A stretch of DNA of 64,000 bases from an uncultured Pelagibacteraceae bacterium (GTDB taxonomy: Bacteria; Pseudomonadota; Alphaproteobacteria; Pelagibacterales; AG-422-B15). This document shows positions 48,129-57,274 of this stretch, in pieces; the stretch's first letter is position 1; each line of letters starts with the position of its first letter. The stretch is taken from positions 107,772-171,771 of the forward strand of contig CACMBZ010000001.1 of assembly GCA_902612095.1 (NCBI GenBank). The letters are read 5' to 3'. The notes below the pieces were generated by a model that searched no databases, was not told where the DNA came from, and saw only the letters and a program-made list of their open reading frames with translations. The position numbers and the translations under genes were made by a program.

Positions 48129-48523
48129 GAAATTTAATAGAAAAGCATAAAATGGAACCTCATCCTGAGGGTGGACATTATGTTGAGATTTTTAGAAATG
48201 ATGATGTCACTCATATATATTTTTTACTTGAAGCGCACGAAAACTCACACTGGCACAGAATAACAAAAACTGAAACTTTACATTTTTATTCAGGCAGTCC
48301 CTTAAACGTATACACATCAAAAGACGGTGAGGAATACCAAATTAATGAGATAGGATCTAATAATAATTTTATATACACTGTAGAAAAAGGAACTTGGTTT
48401 GCTTTGAAATCTACTGGAGCGTATAGCCTAATTGGATGCACAGTCGCACCCGCTTTTGAATTTGAAGATTTAGAACTGGCACCAAAAGATTGGAAGCCAT
48501 CAAAGTTTGATCTAAAGCTTTAA
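48110..48523 (+). CDS. Cupin_5 (DUF985) family protein
   Basis: PHPEGGHY, IYFLL, SHWHR, HFYSG, GCTVAPAFEFEDLELA. Confidence 0.9.
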   Translation: MDKQLIRNLIEKHKMEPHPEGGHYVEIFRNDDVTHIYFLLEAHENSHWHRITKTETLHFYSGSPLNVYTSKDGEEYQINEIGSNNNFIYTVEKGTWFALKSTGAYSLIGCTVAPAFEFEDLELAPKDWKPSKFDLKL

Positions 48524-48535
48524 ATTTAAAGGTAA

Positions 48536-49066
48536 TTAGAAACTCACAGAATAAGAGATATTAATTGATTGATCCTGATCATATTTTTTTAGAAAGCCGC
48601 CTGACTGTGCATCAGACCATGACATTCCAGTGCCACAATGAAATGCTCTCCTAAAATCATCATAACATGGACTTTCTGTTACGCCTCCACCAAACTTAAT
48701 AATTGGATCCAAAACAACTTTTAATTTTTTATTTTCTCCTAAATGATATTTAGCTGATAGAGACATATAATATAACGGGTCAACATCTATCAGAGAAGAG
48801 TTGTATCCATTATCCAGAAATATTTTTGAGGTTATACTTAATTTCTTGTATTTATGATTAAAAAATAAAGAGGCATTAAAACTCTCATTTTCTTGAAAAT
48901 AGTACTCTGATGTATCCCATAAATTACCGGATAGGTCTATAAATTTCCCACTCCATACATCCACTCTATCAAAGTTTCCATTTGCCTCTACTTTAATTAA
49001 TTCAATTGCATGTGACGAAAAATTAAAAAATAAGAAAGAAAAAATTATGAATAAATATTTAATCAT
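48536..49066 (-). CDS. Exported hypothetical protein, possibly a small outer-membrane beta protein
   Basis: Signal peptide; aromatic alternating strands; CYDDFRRAFHC loop; ends SINISYSVSF; ATGA overlap with the upstream subtilase. Confidence 0.7.
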   Translation of the reverse strand: MIKYLFIIFSFLFFNFSSHAIELIKVEANGNFDRVDVWSGKFIDLSGNLWDTSEYYFQENESFNASLFFNHKYKKLSITSKIFLDNGYNSSLIDVDPLYYMSLSAKYHLGENKKLKVVLDPIIKFGGGVTESPCYDDFRRAFHCGTGMSWSDAQSGGFLKKYDQDQSINISYSVSF

Positions 49067-50529
49067 GGTCTTAGATTTCCGACTGGTGAGAGAGCACTGT
49101 TTAAATCAAGTTCACCTCGTCCATATGTTGAACTAACAGATGTAAAGTCGTCAGTTCCATCATCGTTAATATCTTTATCAGCAGTTAGAAGCAAAATACT
49201 TGCAACGTCGGCACCTGATAGGTTTGGAAACTTACTTTTGACAATCGCTGCAGCTCCAGCGATTCTTGGTGCTGCAAAACTTGTTCCCTCAATATCACCA
49301 CTAGAGTCGTCAAAACCACTATCGCCCTCAGCCATTAGATATCTATCAGCCATTACTCCAGCTTGATTTGAATAAGTCGCAATCGTATTTATGCCACTCA
49401 CATCTTTAGTGGCACCCGCTACAATAACCTGGTTTCTCAAATACGAACTAAGAACCATCATCCCAGATACAATGTTACAATTTACAAAATTTGAGTCAGT
49501 ACATGGTGCTGCGCTATTTCCAGCAGCTACTACATAAGTACCCGAAGGAGTGGTATTCAAGCTGAAATTTTCTTTTAAAGCAACAAGGTCCGACCAAACT
49601 ACTCCTGATGCCGCTCCAGCTCCTAAACTCAAATTTACAACATCGTATGAAGCTGAGTTTTCAAAAAAACCTTTTAAGTATTGCCATGTTGTCGAGGGAT
49701 CTGTGTAGCCAGAAAGATCAAGGTTTGATCTTGTGATTGTTGCATCCTTTGCAACGCCAGGACTTTGTACAATTTCAATAGTAACGCTTGGGTCATTGTA
49801 AGAAGATGAAGTCGCAATCCAACTCGATGGACAACGCCATGTGGATATTGATTGATTTGAACTGTTAACACACGCGGTGATAGAAGCTGAGTCCAGATTA
49901 ATATAACTGTTATAGTCAGTTACATTTCTTTTGTCTCCTCCAGCTATATTACTAACAATAGTTCCGTGATCTAAATCAAGTTCTAGCCAACCTTCAACTG
50001 TATAGGTCCCAACATTGCCCGATGAGTCTCTCATTTGAAAAATATTATCTGTGTATGTGGCAATTCTTGAATTAGCGATTGTAGTATTAGTATCGTCAAT
50101 AATATTGATTGTTGTTCCAGTTCCTGTCCATCCACTAGCCCAAGCTGTCGCGGCTGAAGTATCTGTAAGATGAACAAATGGCAAATCGGAGTCTCCTGTT
50201 ATACTTAAACTTAACACGTCATCTGAACTGTCAGTGCCGTAAGAAGTTGTTATATTTTGAGTTGGAATAGTGGCAGATGGAATTACACCATATGTATTCG
50301 TTGCGTAAGTAGATGCATCATACGATCCTTTTGAAGAATTTTCTGTTGTACTAAATGAAACATTTGCACAAGGAACCATTACATTATCACTATTCAGTGC
50401 ATTTGCGGTACAGGTAGATGACCAGTTACTAGAACTTGCCGCTCCTGCTGTGGAGCTTCCACCTCCACCTCCACCTCCGCAAGCTGTAGCTAATAGGAGT
50501 AGGACTAAAGAAAGAGAAATTCTTTTCAT
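49063..50529 (-). CDS. Lipoprotein S8 (subtilisin-like) serine peptidase
   Basis: Lipobox LATAC plus Gly7 linker; Asp (IIDD), His (HGTIVSNIAGG), oxyanion AAGN, Ser (GTSFAAP). Confidence 0.9.
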   Translation of the reverse strand: MKRISLSLVLLLLATACGGGGGGGSSTAGAASSSNWSSTCTANALNSDNVMVPCANVSFSTTENSSKGSYDASTYATNTYGVIPSATIPTQNITTSYGTDSSDDVLSLSITGDSDLPFVHLTDTSAATAWASGWTGTGTTINIIDDTNTTIANSRIATYTDNIFQMRDSSGNVGTYTVEGWLELDLDHGTIVSNIAGGDKRNVTDYNSYINLDSASITACVNSSNQSISTWRCPSSWIATSSSYNDPSVTIEIVQSPGVAKDATITRSNLDLSGYTDPSTTWQYLKGFFENSASYDVVNLSLGAGAASGVVWSDLVALKENFSLNTTPSGTYVVAAGNSAAPCTDSNFVNCNIVSGMMVLSSYLRNQVIVAGATKDVSGINTIATYSNQAGVMADRYLMAEGDSGFDDSSGDIEGTSFAAPRIAGAAAIVKSKFPNLSGADVASILLLTADKDINDDGTDDFTSVSSTYGRGELDLNSALSPVGNLRP

Positions 50530-50566
50530 AACTCAACCATAGAACAGTTGAGATTATTTGACACTA

Positions 50567-50722
50567 TTAAAAATCAGATGCAATTCCCTTTTTTTCCCAG
50601 TCTCCAAAACGGGTTGGCTCTGGACCATCTGCACCGCCTATTTCTTTTTTCTTTTTAGGCAGTTTGGAGTTATTTTTCTTTTCTTCTTTGTCTTCGACAG
50701 CTTCTGTTTTTTTATCGTTCAT
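50567..50722 (-). CDS. DUF1674 protein (SDHAF4/Sdh8-like succinate dehydrogenase assembly factor family), 51 aa (not in ORF track)
   Basis: Manual translation MNDKKTEAVEDKEEKKNNSKLPKKKKEIGGADGPEPTRFGDWEKKGIASDF*; EIGG..GPEPTR.GDWE.KG..SDF signature. Confidence 0.93.
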   Translation of the reverse strand: MNDKKTEAVEDKEEKKNNSKLPKKKKEIGGADGPEPTRFGDWEKKGIASDF

Positions 50723-50819
50723 ATATATAATGTAATCTCTATTTATCGCTAATCAAAGTATGAAAACAGTGGGAAACAACAAACCTTTCTGTTATACAGA
50801 GAAATTATGCTTCACAATA

Positions 50820-51476
50820 ATGTCGGTTAAAATATCACCTTCTATACTAGCATCAGACTTTTCATCATTGGGGGATGAAGTTGTGAATATCACTCAAGCC
50901 GGGGCCGACTACATACATGTAGATGTAATGGATGGTCACTTTGTTCCAAATCTCACAATAGGTCCGGATGTTGTTAAGTCTATTAGAGATAAATCTTCAT
51001 TACCGTTTGATGTTCATTTGATGATCGATCCTGTCCAGCCTTATATTGAAAAGTTTGTTGAAGCTGGAGCAGATATTGTTTCAGTTCATCCCGAAGCAAA
51101 TGATGATACAGAAGCATGTTTGAATAAAATTAAATCATTAAATGTAAAAGCGGGGCTTGCAATCAACCCGGATACTGAATGGGAAGTTGTAAAACCTTTT
51201 ATGGACAAACTTGATCTCATTTTAGTCATGAGCGTTCACCCAGGTTTTGGCGGTCAAAAATTTATACCAACAGCTCTTGATAAATTATCAAACCTTAGAG
51301 AAGAAATTAATAAGTCTGGTAGAGAAATTCATTTAGAAGTTGACGGGGGAATTAATTTTGAAAATGTTCAATCAGTAATCGATGCTGGAGCTGATATGAT
51401 TGTTGCAGGCACTACAACCTTTAAAGGTGGTCCAAGTGAGTATGCAAATAATATTGAAAAACTAAGAGGCCATTAA
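50820..51476 (+). CDS. rpe: Ribulose-phosphate 3-epimerase (ATG at 50820 preferred)
   Basis: SPSILASDF, HVDVMDGHFVPN, DVHLMI, MSVHPGFGGQ, EVDGG. Confidence 0.98.
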   Translation: MSVKISPSILASDFSSLGDEVVNITQAGADYIHVDVMDGHFVPNLTIGPDVVKSIRDKSSLPFDVHLMIDPVQPYIEKFVEAGADIVSVHPEANDDTEACLNKIKSLNVKAGLAINPDTEWEVVKPFMDKLDLILVMSVHPGFGGQKFIPTALDKLSNLREEINKSGREIHLEVDGGINFENVQSVIDAGADMIVAGTTTFKGGPSEYANNIEKLRGH

Positions 51477-51477
51477 A

Positions 51478-53043
51478 TTGGATATAAAAATTAAAACTGC
51501 ACTGATTTCTGTTTCAGATAAATCAGGTTTAGAAAAAGTTGTTCAATCACTCAAAGAACATAATATTAAAATAGTTTCAACAGGTGGTACCGCAAAAGCA
51601 ATTGCAGACATGAGCGTTAATGTGACGGATGTATCAACTTTAACTAATTTCCCGGAAATGATGGACGGACGTGTTAAAACTTTACACCCAAATATACACG
51701 GAGGTTTGCTTTCAAAAAGAGATGACAAAAAACATGTCCAGTCTCAAGAGGATCATGGAATAGAAGATATTGACTTAATAATTGTAAATCTTTACCCCTT
51801 TGAAGAAACGATAAAATCAGAGGAAAATGAAGAAATTTGCATAGAAAATATAGATATTGGTGGCCCAGCAATGTTGAGATCAGCTGCCAAAAACCACAAA
51901 TTTGTCACTGTAATAACTGATGCGGACGATTACGACGAACTCATTGATGAAATAAAGAAAAATAAAGGATCGACGACTTTAGAATTTAGAAAAAAACTTG
52001 CAGCAAAAACTTTTTCAACCACTGCTTACTATGATTCTCTTATTAGTAATTGGTTTTATCGAGGGAAAAATGAAAAGGTAGAAAAATTTTCAACCGTAGG
52101 AAAATTATCATCGACGCTTCGATATGGTGAAAATCCCCATCAGTCTGCAATTCTTTATAAGTCATCAATGCAAAATTCGGGCATTCCTCAAGCAACATTA
52201 CTTCAAGGAAAAGAATTAAGTTATAACAATATTAATGATGCTGATGCTGCTTTACAATTAATTAAAGAATTTGAAGAAACAACTCCTACTGTCGCTATTA
52301 TCAAACATGCAAATCCATGTGGTGTTGCTAGTGGATCAACTTTGCATGAAGCATACACAAAAGCATTTTCATGTGATACGACGAGCGCATTTGGTGGCAT
52401 CATTGCACTCAATCAAACAATTGATAAAGATTCCGCCGAACAAATTGTAAAAATATTTACTGAAGTTATTATAGCACCGGGCATTACAGATGAAGCTAAA
52501 GCAATATTCAAAACAAAAAATAATTTACGTGTTTTAATTTTAACTTCATTACACGAAAAAAATAACTCACAAAATTTTAAAAGTATTGAAGGTGGAATTT
52601 TAGTGCAATCAAACGATGATGAGAGTACAGACAAATCTGACTTAAAAGTTGTTACAGAAAAAAAACCAAGTGATATTGAAATTGAAGATATGTTATTTGC
52701 GTTTAAAGTTTGCAAACATGTAAAGTCAAATGCGATTATTTATGTCAAAAATAAAAAAACAATTGGTATCGGTGCTGGACAAATGAGCCGAGTTGATAGT
52801 GCTAAAATTGCCTCACAAAAAAATAGTGAAATGGAAAAGTCTGAAGAAAACTCACTTGAAAATTCAGTGGTTGCATCAGATGCATTTTTTCCATTTGCCG
52901 ATGGATTGCTGGTTACAATTTCATCTGGAGCAAAAGCAGTTATTCAACCTGGGGGCTCTGTGAAAGATGATGATGTGATTGAAGCTGCGAATAAAGCAGG
53001 TATTTCAATGGTATTTACTGGCGTAAGACACTTCAGACACTAA
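51478..53043 (+). CDS. purH: Bifunctional AICAR transformylase / IMP cyclohydrolase
   Basis: ALISVSDK, GRVKTLHP, LRYGENPHQ, KHANPCG, ASDAFFPF, RHFRH. Confidence 0.99.
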   Translation: MDIKIKTALISVSDKSGLEKVVQSLKEHNIKIVSTGGTAKAIADMSVNVTDVSTLTNFPEMMDGRVKTLHPNIHGGLLSKRDDKKHVQSQEDHGIEDIDLIIVNLYPFEETIKSEENEEICIENIDIGGPAMLRSAAKNHKFVTVITDADDYDELIDEIKKNKGSTTLEFRKKLAAKTFSTTAYYDSLISNWFYRGKNEKVEKFSTVGKLSSTLRYGENPHQSAILYKSSMQNSGIPQATLLQGKELSYNNINDADAALQLIKEFEETTPTVAIIKHANPCGVASGSTLHEAYTKAFSCDTTSAFGGIIALNQTIDKDSAEQIVKIFTEVIIAPGITDEAKAIFKTKNNLRVLILTSLHEKNNSQNFKSIEGGILVQSNDDESTDKSDLKVVTEKKPSDIEIEDMLFAFKVCKHVKSNAIIYVKNKKTIGIGAGQMSRVDSAKIASQKNSEMEKSEENSLENSVVASDAFFPFADGLLVTISSGAKAVIQPGGSVKDDDVIEAANKAGISMVFTGVRHFRH

Positions 53044-53788
53044 AAATTAATATAAAAATAGTCCTTAACAGTGTCTTGGTGAGTAAATGTTCCCTTTTCT
53101 ATTAATTTAAAATTGTGTTCTTCAAGAAAACTTGAAGTTTTTACAAACTCTTGATCAAAAATTTCTATTTGTAAGAAAATACGATTATTTTTAATTAAGT
53201 TAACAAGTCCTTGTAGAACTAATAACTCCAGTCCTTCTACATCAATTTTAACTGCAATTGTATTATTTACATCCTTAAGAACATTGTCTCCACATACTTG
53301 TTTTATTTTCATCTTTCCTTCAGAACTTAATTTTGCACCACCAGATTGGTATTCTCCAAACCTCGAACTTGCCAAAAGGTAACCTTCTTTATTCTCGTCA
53401 GACAAAGCAAGGTTATGGCACTTTATAATATTAGAAAAATTATTTTGCTTAACATTCACTTTCATTCGTTCGAAAGCTCCTTTATGCGGCTCAAAAGCAT
53501 CAACTGTTATATTTGGAATACTGTTCGCTATCGTTAAAGCATAGACTCCAATATTTGCCCCAACATCGATGAAACGTTTAATATTATATTTTTTTATATT
53601 TTCAATCAGATATTGTATTTGTGTTCCTTCGTAATAACCAGTAAAAAAAATTTCACGGTCAATTGAGTCTCTTATATCAAGATTGAGTTGAATATCATTT
53701 AGTTTGAATAATAATTTTTCTTTTTTTATTAAAAATAAAAACCGTCTTAAAAAACTTTTTCTTAGCTTCTGGATTTTTTTTTGAACAT
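53040..53788 (-). pseudogene. FkbM-family methyltransferase whose start ATG is out of frame across an A9 tract (frameshifted, slippage-dependent, or a sequencing error)
   Basis: Frame is open from 53813 to 53040 and encodes FIDVGANIG, DAFEP and KIDVEG, but has no in-frame ATG/GTG/TTG above 53465; ATG at 53788 reads ATG TTC AAAAAAAAA TCC AGA AGC TAA. Confidence 0.75.
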
Positions 53789-53796
53789 TGAGAAAA

Positions 53797-54291
53797 CTAT
53801 TTTTTTCTTTTTTTTATTATTCCATAAATTAACACTGAAATAGTAATTAAAATAGCAATCCACTTAAATGAAGTAGACATGCTAGCTAGAAACACATGTG
53901 TTTCGTTAACACTTGGAAAGTTAAATAAAAGTCTCGTAATTTGAAGATTTTCTAAAATATCAAAGCTAAAAGCTATTAAAGGTATAAATAAAATTACTCC
54001 TGAACTTTTGAATAATTTAACATAAGCCCCAAGAATTAATGAAGTATATAAAATAGGATAAAGTGTATCCAGTATAAGCGAGGAGAGAACGTAGACGCTT
54101 CGACCATCAGGACCTAATTCATTGAAATTTCTGACAACATCTTCTTTGCTATAAAAAAGTTCAAGATCGAGCATGTTTGAAAAAATATTATGTGGAAGAA
54201 GAAAAAATAAGAGACCACAAATATTAAGTAATATGAAAATTGTAATTTGGGATTTAGTTGAAGAAACTAAATGAAGATACTTACTGATCAT
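53797..54291 (-). CDS. Hypothetical membrane protein, about four TM helices (ATG at 54291 preferred)
   Basis: Hydrophobic segments; LD..YP.LY and FD.LEN motifs; overlaps the MFS stop. Confidence 0.75.
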   Translation of the reverse strand: MISKYLHLVSSTKSQITIFILLNICGLLFFLLPHNIFSNMLDLELFYSKEDVVRNFNELGPDGRSVYVLSSLILDTLYPILYTSLILGAYVKLFKSSGVILFIPLIAFSFDILENLQITRLLFNFPSVNETHVFLASMSTSFKWIAILITISVLIYGIIKKRKK

Positions 54292-55630
54292 TTTCTGAAA
54301 CAAAATACATTCCCACGATACCAATTAAATTAAATAGAACTATAGAAATCATTGCATATTGAAGACTATCAGTGAAAGCGAGTATTAGTGACATCAATCC
54401 AGGAACAAGCCAAGCTGTTGACTTTCCAGCAAATGCATAAAGGCCAAAAAATTCAGTCATCTTTTCTTGTGGGGAAAGCTTAACCATTAATGCTCGTGAC
54501 GCAGTTTGGGCAGGGCCATAAAAAATTGAAATACCAATGACAACACAAATGTATGTAACTTGACTTACAGAATTAAATATTCCAAATGTAAATTCCTCAA
54601 CACCAGCTGAATATTCATTAACTGTAAAAAAATAAAATATTGTATCTTTATCAATTGATAATCCTAAAAGTCCTGAAACTAGCAATCCCCAAAGAGATAA
54701 GTTTATTACATTTTTAGAACCAATTAGATCATTTAAATAGCCTCCATAAATTGAACTTGGTCCTGACAAGATATTTAAAATAATTCCAAGTATTAAGACT
54801 TGGGTGAGCGACATTCCAACCACAAGACTTGCGTAAACCCCACCCACTACAAAAAGGGCATTCAAAGCATCTTGGTAAAACATTCTTGTTATTAAGAACG
54901 TGAATATATTTTTATACTTTCTAGCTTCTTTAAAAGTATTGATAAAATTTGTAAGACCAATCTTTACTGAATTGATAACAGTAACATCATTTTTTTTAAG
55001 ATCTGGGGTAAATAAAAATAAAGGAATAATGAAAACAGCATACCATATTGCACACAGTGGTCCTACAATTCTTATGTGTTCATATTCACTCGTATTCAAA
55101 CCATATAAATTTTCAGTTTCACCACCAGGCCAAACTAATATTATTAAAAATAAAATTAATGCGATAAGGCCTGCGATATAACCAACTCCATATCCCATAC
55201 CGCTTAACCAACCCGAGTTCTCAGGAGTTTCGATCGTTGCTAGAACTGAGTTATTAAAGACTTCTGAAAATCCAACCATTGCGGATGCAAGTATTAAACC
55301 AAACATCACGAGCCAAATACCGTCAGGCGCGCCTGGAGGTGAATACCAAAGCAACGCCATACCAAGCACAAACAGTGCGGATGTTATTCCCATTAATAGT
55401 TTTCGGTTTCCTTTTATATCTGTAATGGACCCAAGGACTGGACTTAAGAGAGCAATAGCTAGACCTGAAATTGTTTGTGTGAGTGTTAATTTTTGAGCAC
55501 CATCGTCGCCAGTTATAAAGACATCTGTAAAGTAAACAGAGAAGACAAATGTCATGATCAATGTATAGAAAGGCTGATTTGCCCAATCAAACATCGTCCA
55601 TGAATATCGACCTAGTTTTGAAGCTCTCAT
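54281..55630 (-). CDS. MFS transporter, UMF1/ATG22/BtlA-like
   Basis: WTMFDWANQPFYT, SPVLGSITD, SGMGYGVGY, EFFGLYAFAGK. Confidence 0.88.
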   Translation of the reverse strand: MRASKLGRYSWTMFDWANQPFYTLIMTFVFSVYFTDVFITGDDGAQKLTLTQTISGLAIALLSPVLGSITDIKGNRKLLMGITSALFVLGMALLWYSPPGAPDGIWLVMFGLILASAMVGFSEVFNNSVLATIETPENSGWLSGMGYGVGYIAGLIALILFLIILVWPGGETENLYGLNTSEYEHIRIVGPLCAIWYAVFIIPLFLFTPDLKKNDVTVINSVKIGLTNFINTFKEARKYKNIFTFLITRMFYQDALNALFVVGGVYASLVVGMSLTQVLILGIILNILSGPSSIYGGYLNDLIGSKNVINLSLWGLLVSGLLGLSIDKDTIFYFFTVNEYSAGVEEFTFGIFNSVSQVTYICVVIGISIFYGPAQTASRALMVKLSPQEKMTEFFGLYAFAGKSTAWLVPGLMSLILAFTDSLQYAMISIVLFNLIGIVGMYFVSENDQ

Positions 55631-55674
55631 AAATTAGAGAATATACAATTAAACCAATTCTGTATGTTAATTTT

Positions 55675-56436
55675 TTAGTTTGGAATAAAAATAAAGTTAT
55701 TGTTTTGTAAGTCTTTGGAGTTTTTAGTCACCTGTAAGGTAAAGTTTTCATCAATAAAAAAACACTTATAACCAAGTTGTTCAATTTCATTGATTGCAGT
55801 ATGAGGCTGAATTCCTGAATGGCGTTCTTCGATTTCAATTAACATCGTAGGCATGTTTTGTGCAATAAATTTTTTAGCGCCATTTAAAATTTCTAATTCG
55901 TGCCCCTCAACATCAATTTTTATAAAACCAATTTTATGTTCAAAATTATATTCGTCTAAAGATATTTTTTTTATAGCTTTAATAGTTTCAAATTTTTCAT
56001 TTTCAAGATTATTAGATTTATGAATTGTAGCAGTGCCAAGTTTATATTTCTCTTCATTGTCAAAACTTGCCGCTATATCTCTGATGGGAATTCTAAGCTC
56101 AGCTTCACCACTTTCAGAAGAAACTGCAGAATTTTCTATTTTAATATTTTTTTTGTATTTAAAGCCATCTACCAGCTTACTATACAGGAGTGGATTCGCT
56201 TCAAAGGCATAAACATATTTACATAAGTCTGACAAAAAATAAGAATATACTCCTCGATAGACGCCAATATCTATTGACGCTTTAGACCCATCAACTAATT
56301 TATCTAGAACCCTAATCTCTTTTTCAGTATTCTTTTTGAAATACCTGGTCGCTCTTCTTTTTAGTAAGTAAGGTTCTGAAAAGCCGAATAGCTTTTTAAA
56401 TAGAAATTCTAATTTTTTCTGTTGATGAATTCTCAC
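55675..56436 (-). CDS. FkbM-family methyltransferase
   Basis: IDIGVYRGVYS, AFEANP, FIKIDVEGHE. Confidence 0.9.
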   Translation of the reverse strand: MRIHQQKKLEFLFKKLFGFSEPYLLKRRATRYFKKNTEKEIRVLDKLVDGSKASIDIGVYRGVYSYFLSDLCKYVYAFEANPLLYSKLVDGFKYKKNIKIENSAVSSESGEAELRIPIRDIAASFDNEEKYKLGTATIHKSNNLENEKFETIKAIKKISLDEYNFEHKIGFIKIDVEGHELEILNGAKKFIAQNMPTMLIEIEERHSGIQPHTAINEIEQLGYKCFFIDENFTLQVTKNSKDLQNNNFIFIPN

Positions 56437-56449
56437 AAAATTTGATCCA

Positions 56450-56524
56450 TGGAGCGAGTGAAGGGAGTCGAACCCTCGACCTAAACGTTGGCAACGTTTC
56501 GCTCTACCACTGAGCTACACTCGC
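56450..56524 (-). tRNA. tRNA-Gly(GCC)
   Basis: Minus strand GCGAGTGTAGCTCAGTGGTAGAGCGAAACGTTGCCAACGTTTAGGTCGAGGGTTCGACTCCCTTCACTCGCTCCA: acceptor stem, GCC anticodon, TTCGA T-loop, encoded CCA. Confidence 0.98.
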
Positions 56525-56617
56525 GTAATAGACAAGTTTCTAATAGAAAATCCCTTGTTTTTCAAGATAAGCGGACTATTTCATTAACATAATAACTAAT
56601 GTATTATCAATAACGAT

Positions 56618-57274
56618 ATGAAAAACGTCAATATTCAGGAACTATCAAGAAAAATCCCGATATTTCCTCTTACTGGAGCAGTTCTTTTCCCAGGCACGCA
56701 GCTACCCTTAAATATCTTTGAGCCACGTTATGTTCAAATGATAGATGATGCACTTGCAAGCCCAGGTCGCCTTTTAGGAATGATACAGCCCGCGTCACAA
56801 AGTCAAGAAGCTGGAAATAAATCTTTAAAAAAAGTTGGTTGTGTTGGTCGTATTTCATCATTTAATGAAGCTGAGGATAGCAGATATTTAATTACATTAT
56901 CTGGTGTTGTAAGATTTGAAGTTGATGAGGAATTAGATGTAACCACGCCTTACAGACAAGTTCTAGCCAACTATGATAATTATAAGACTGATACTGAAAG
57001 CCAAAACAGTGACAGCATTGATAGATCAAAACTTTTGGCTTTGGTTAAACGTTATCTAGAACATAGAAAGATTTTAGCTGACTGGGAAATTATAAAACAA
57101 ACTCCAACTGAGCAGTTGATAAATTATTCAGGAATATTGGTTCCTTTCACTCCCGAAGAAAAACAACTTCTTCTTGAAGCAAAAACATTGATCACGAGAG
57201 GTCACGCACTTGAGGCGCTCTATCAATCTTATATCTTCGATCTTTCTGGAGAAAAAAGCGATCAGCTCCATTAA
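56618..57274 (+). CDS. LON peptidase substrate-binding (N-terminal) domain protein
   Basis: IPIFPLTGAVLFPGTQLPLNIFEPRY, VGCVGRI, EEKQLLLEA. Confidence 0.92.
   Translation: MKNVNIQELSRKIPIFPLTGAVLFPGTQLPLNIFEPRYVQMIDDALASPGRLLGMIQPASQSQEAGNKSLKKVGCVGRISSFNEAEDSRYLITLSGVVRFEVDEELDVTTPYRQVLANYDNYKTDTESQNSDSIDRSKLLALVKRYLEHRKILADWEIIKQTPTEQLINYSGILVPFTPEEKQLLLEAKTLITRGHALEALYQSYIFDLSGEKSDQLH

Noticed and set aside
50459-50479. GGA/GGT run in the subtilase as a phase-variation tract
   Set aside because: In-frame poly-Gly linker after the lipobox; unit changes would not shift the frame
50558-50752. 64-aa plus-strand ORF
   Set aside because: Antisense shadow of the DUF1674 gene
56450-56524. tRNA-Gly as an active prophage or ICE attachment site
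   Set aside because: No integrase and no duplicated tRNA 3' end seen by eye in the window
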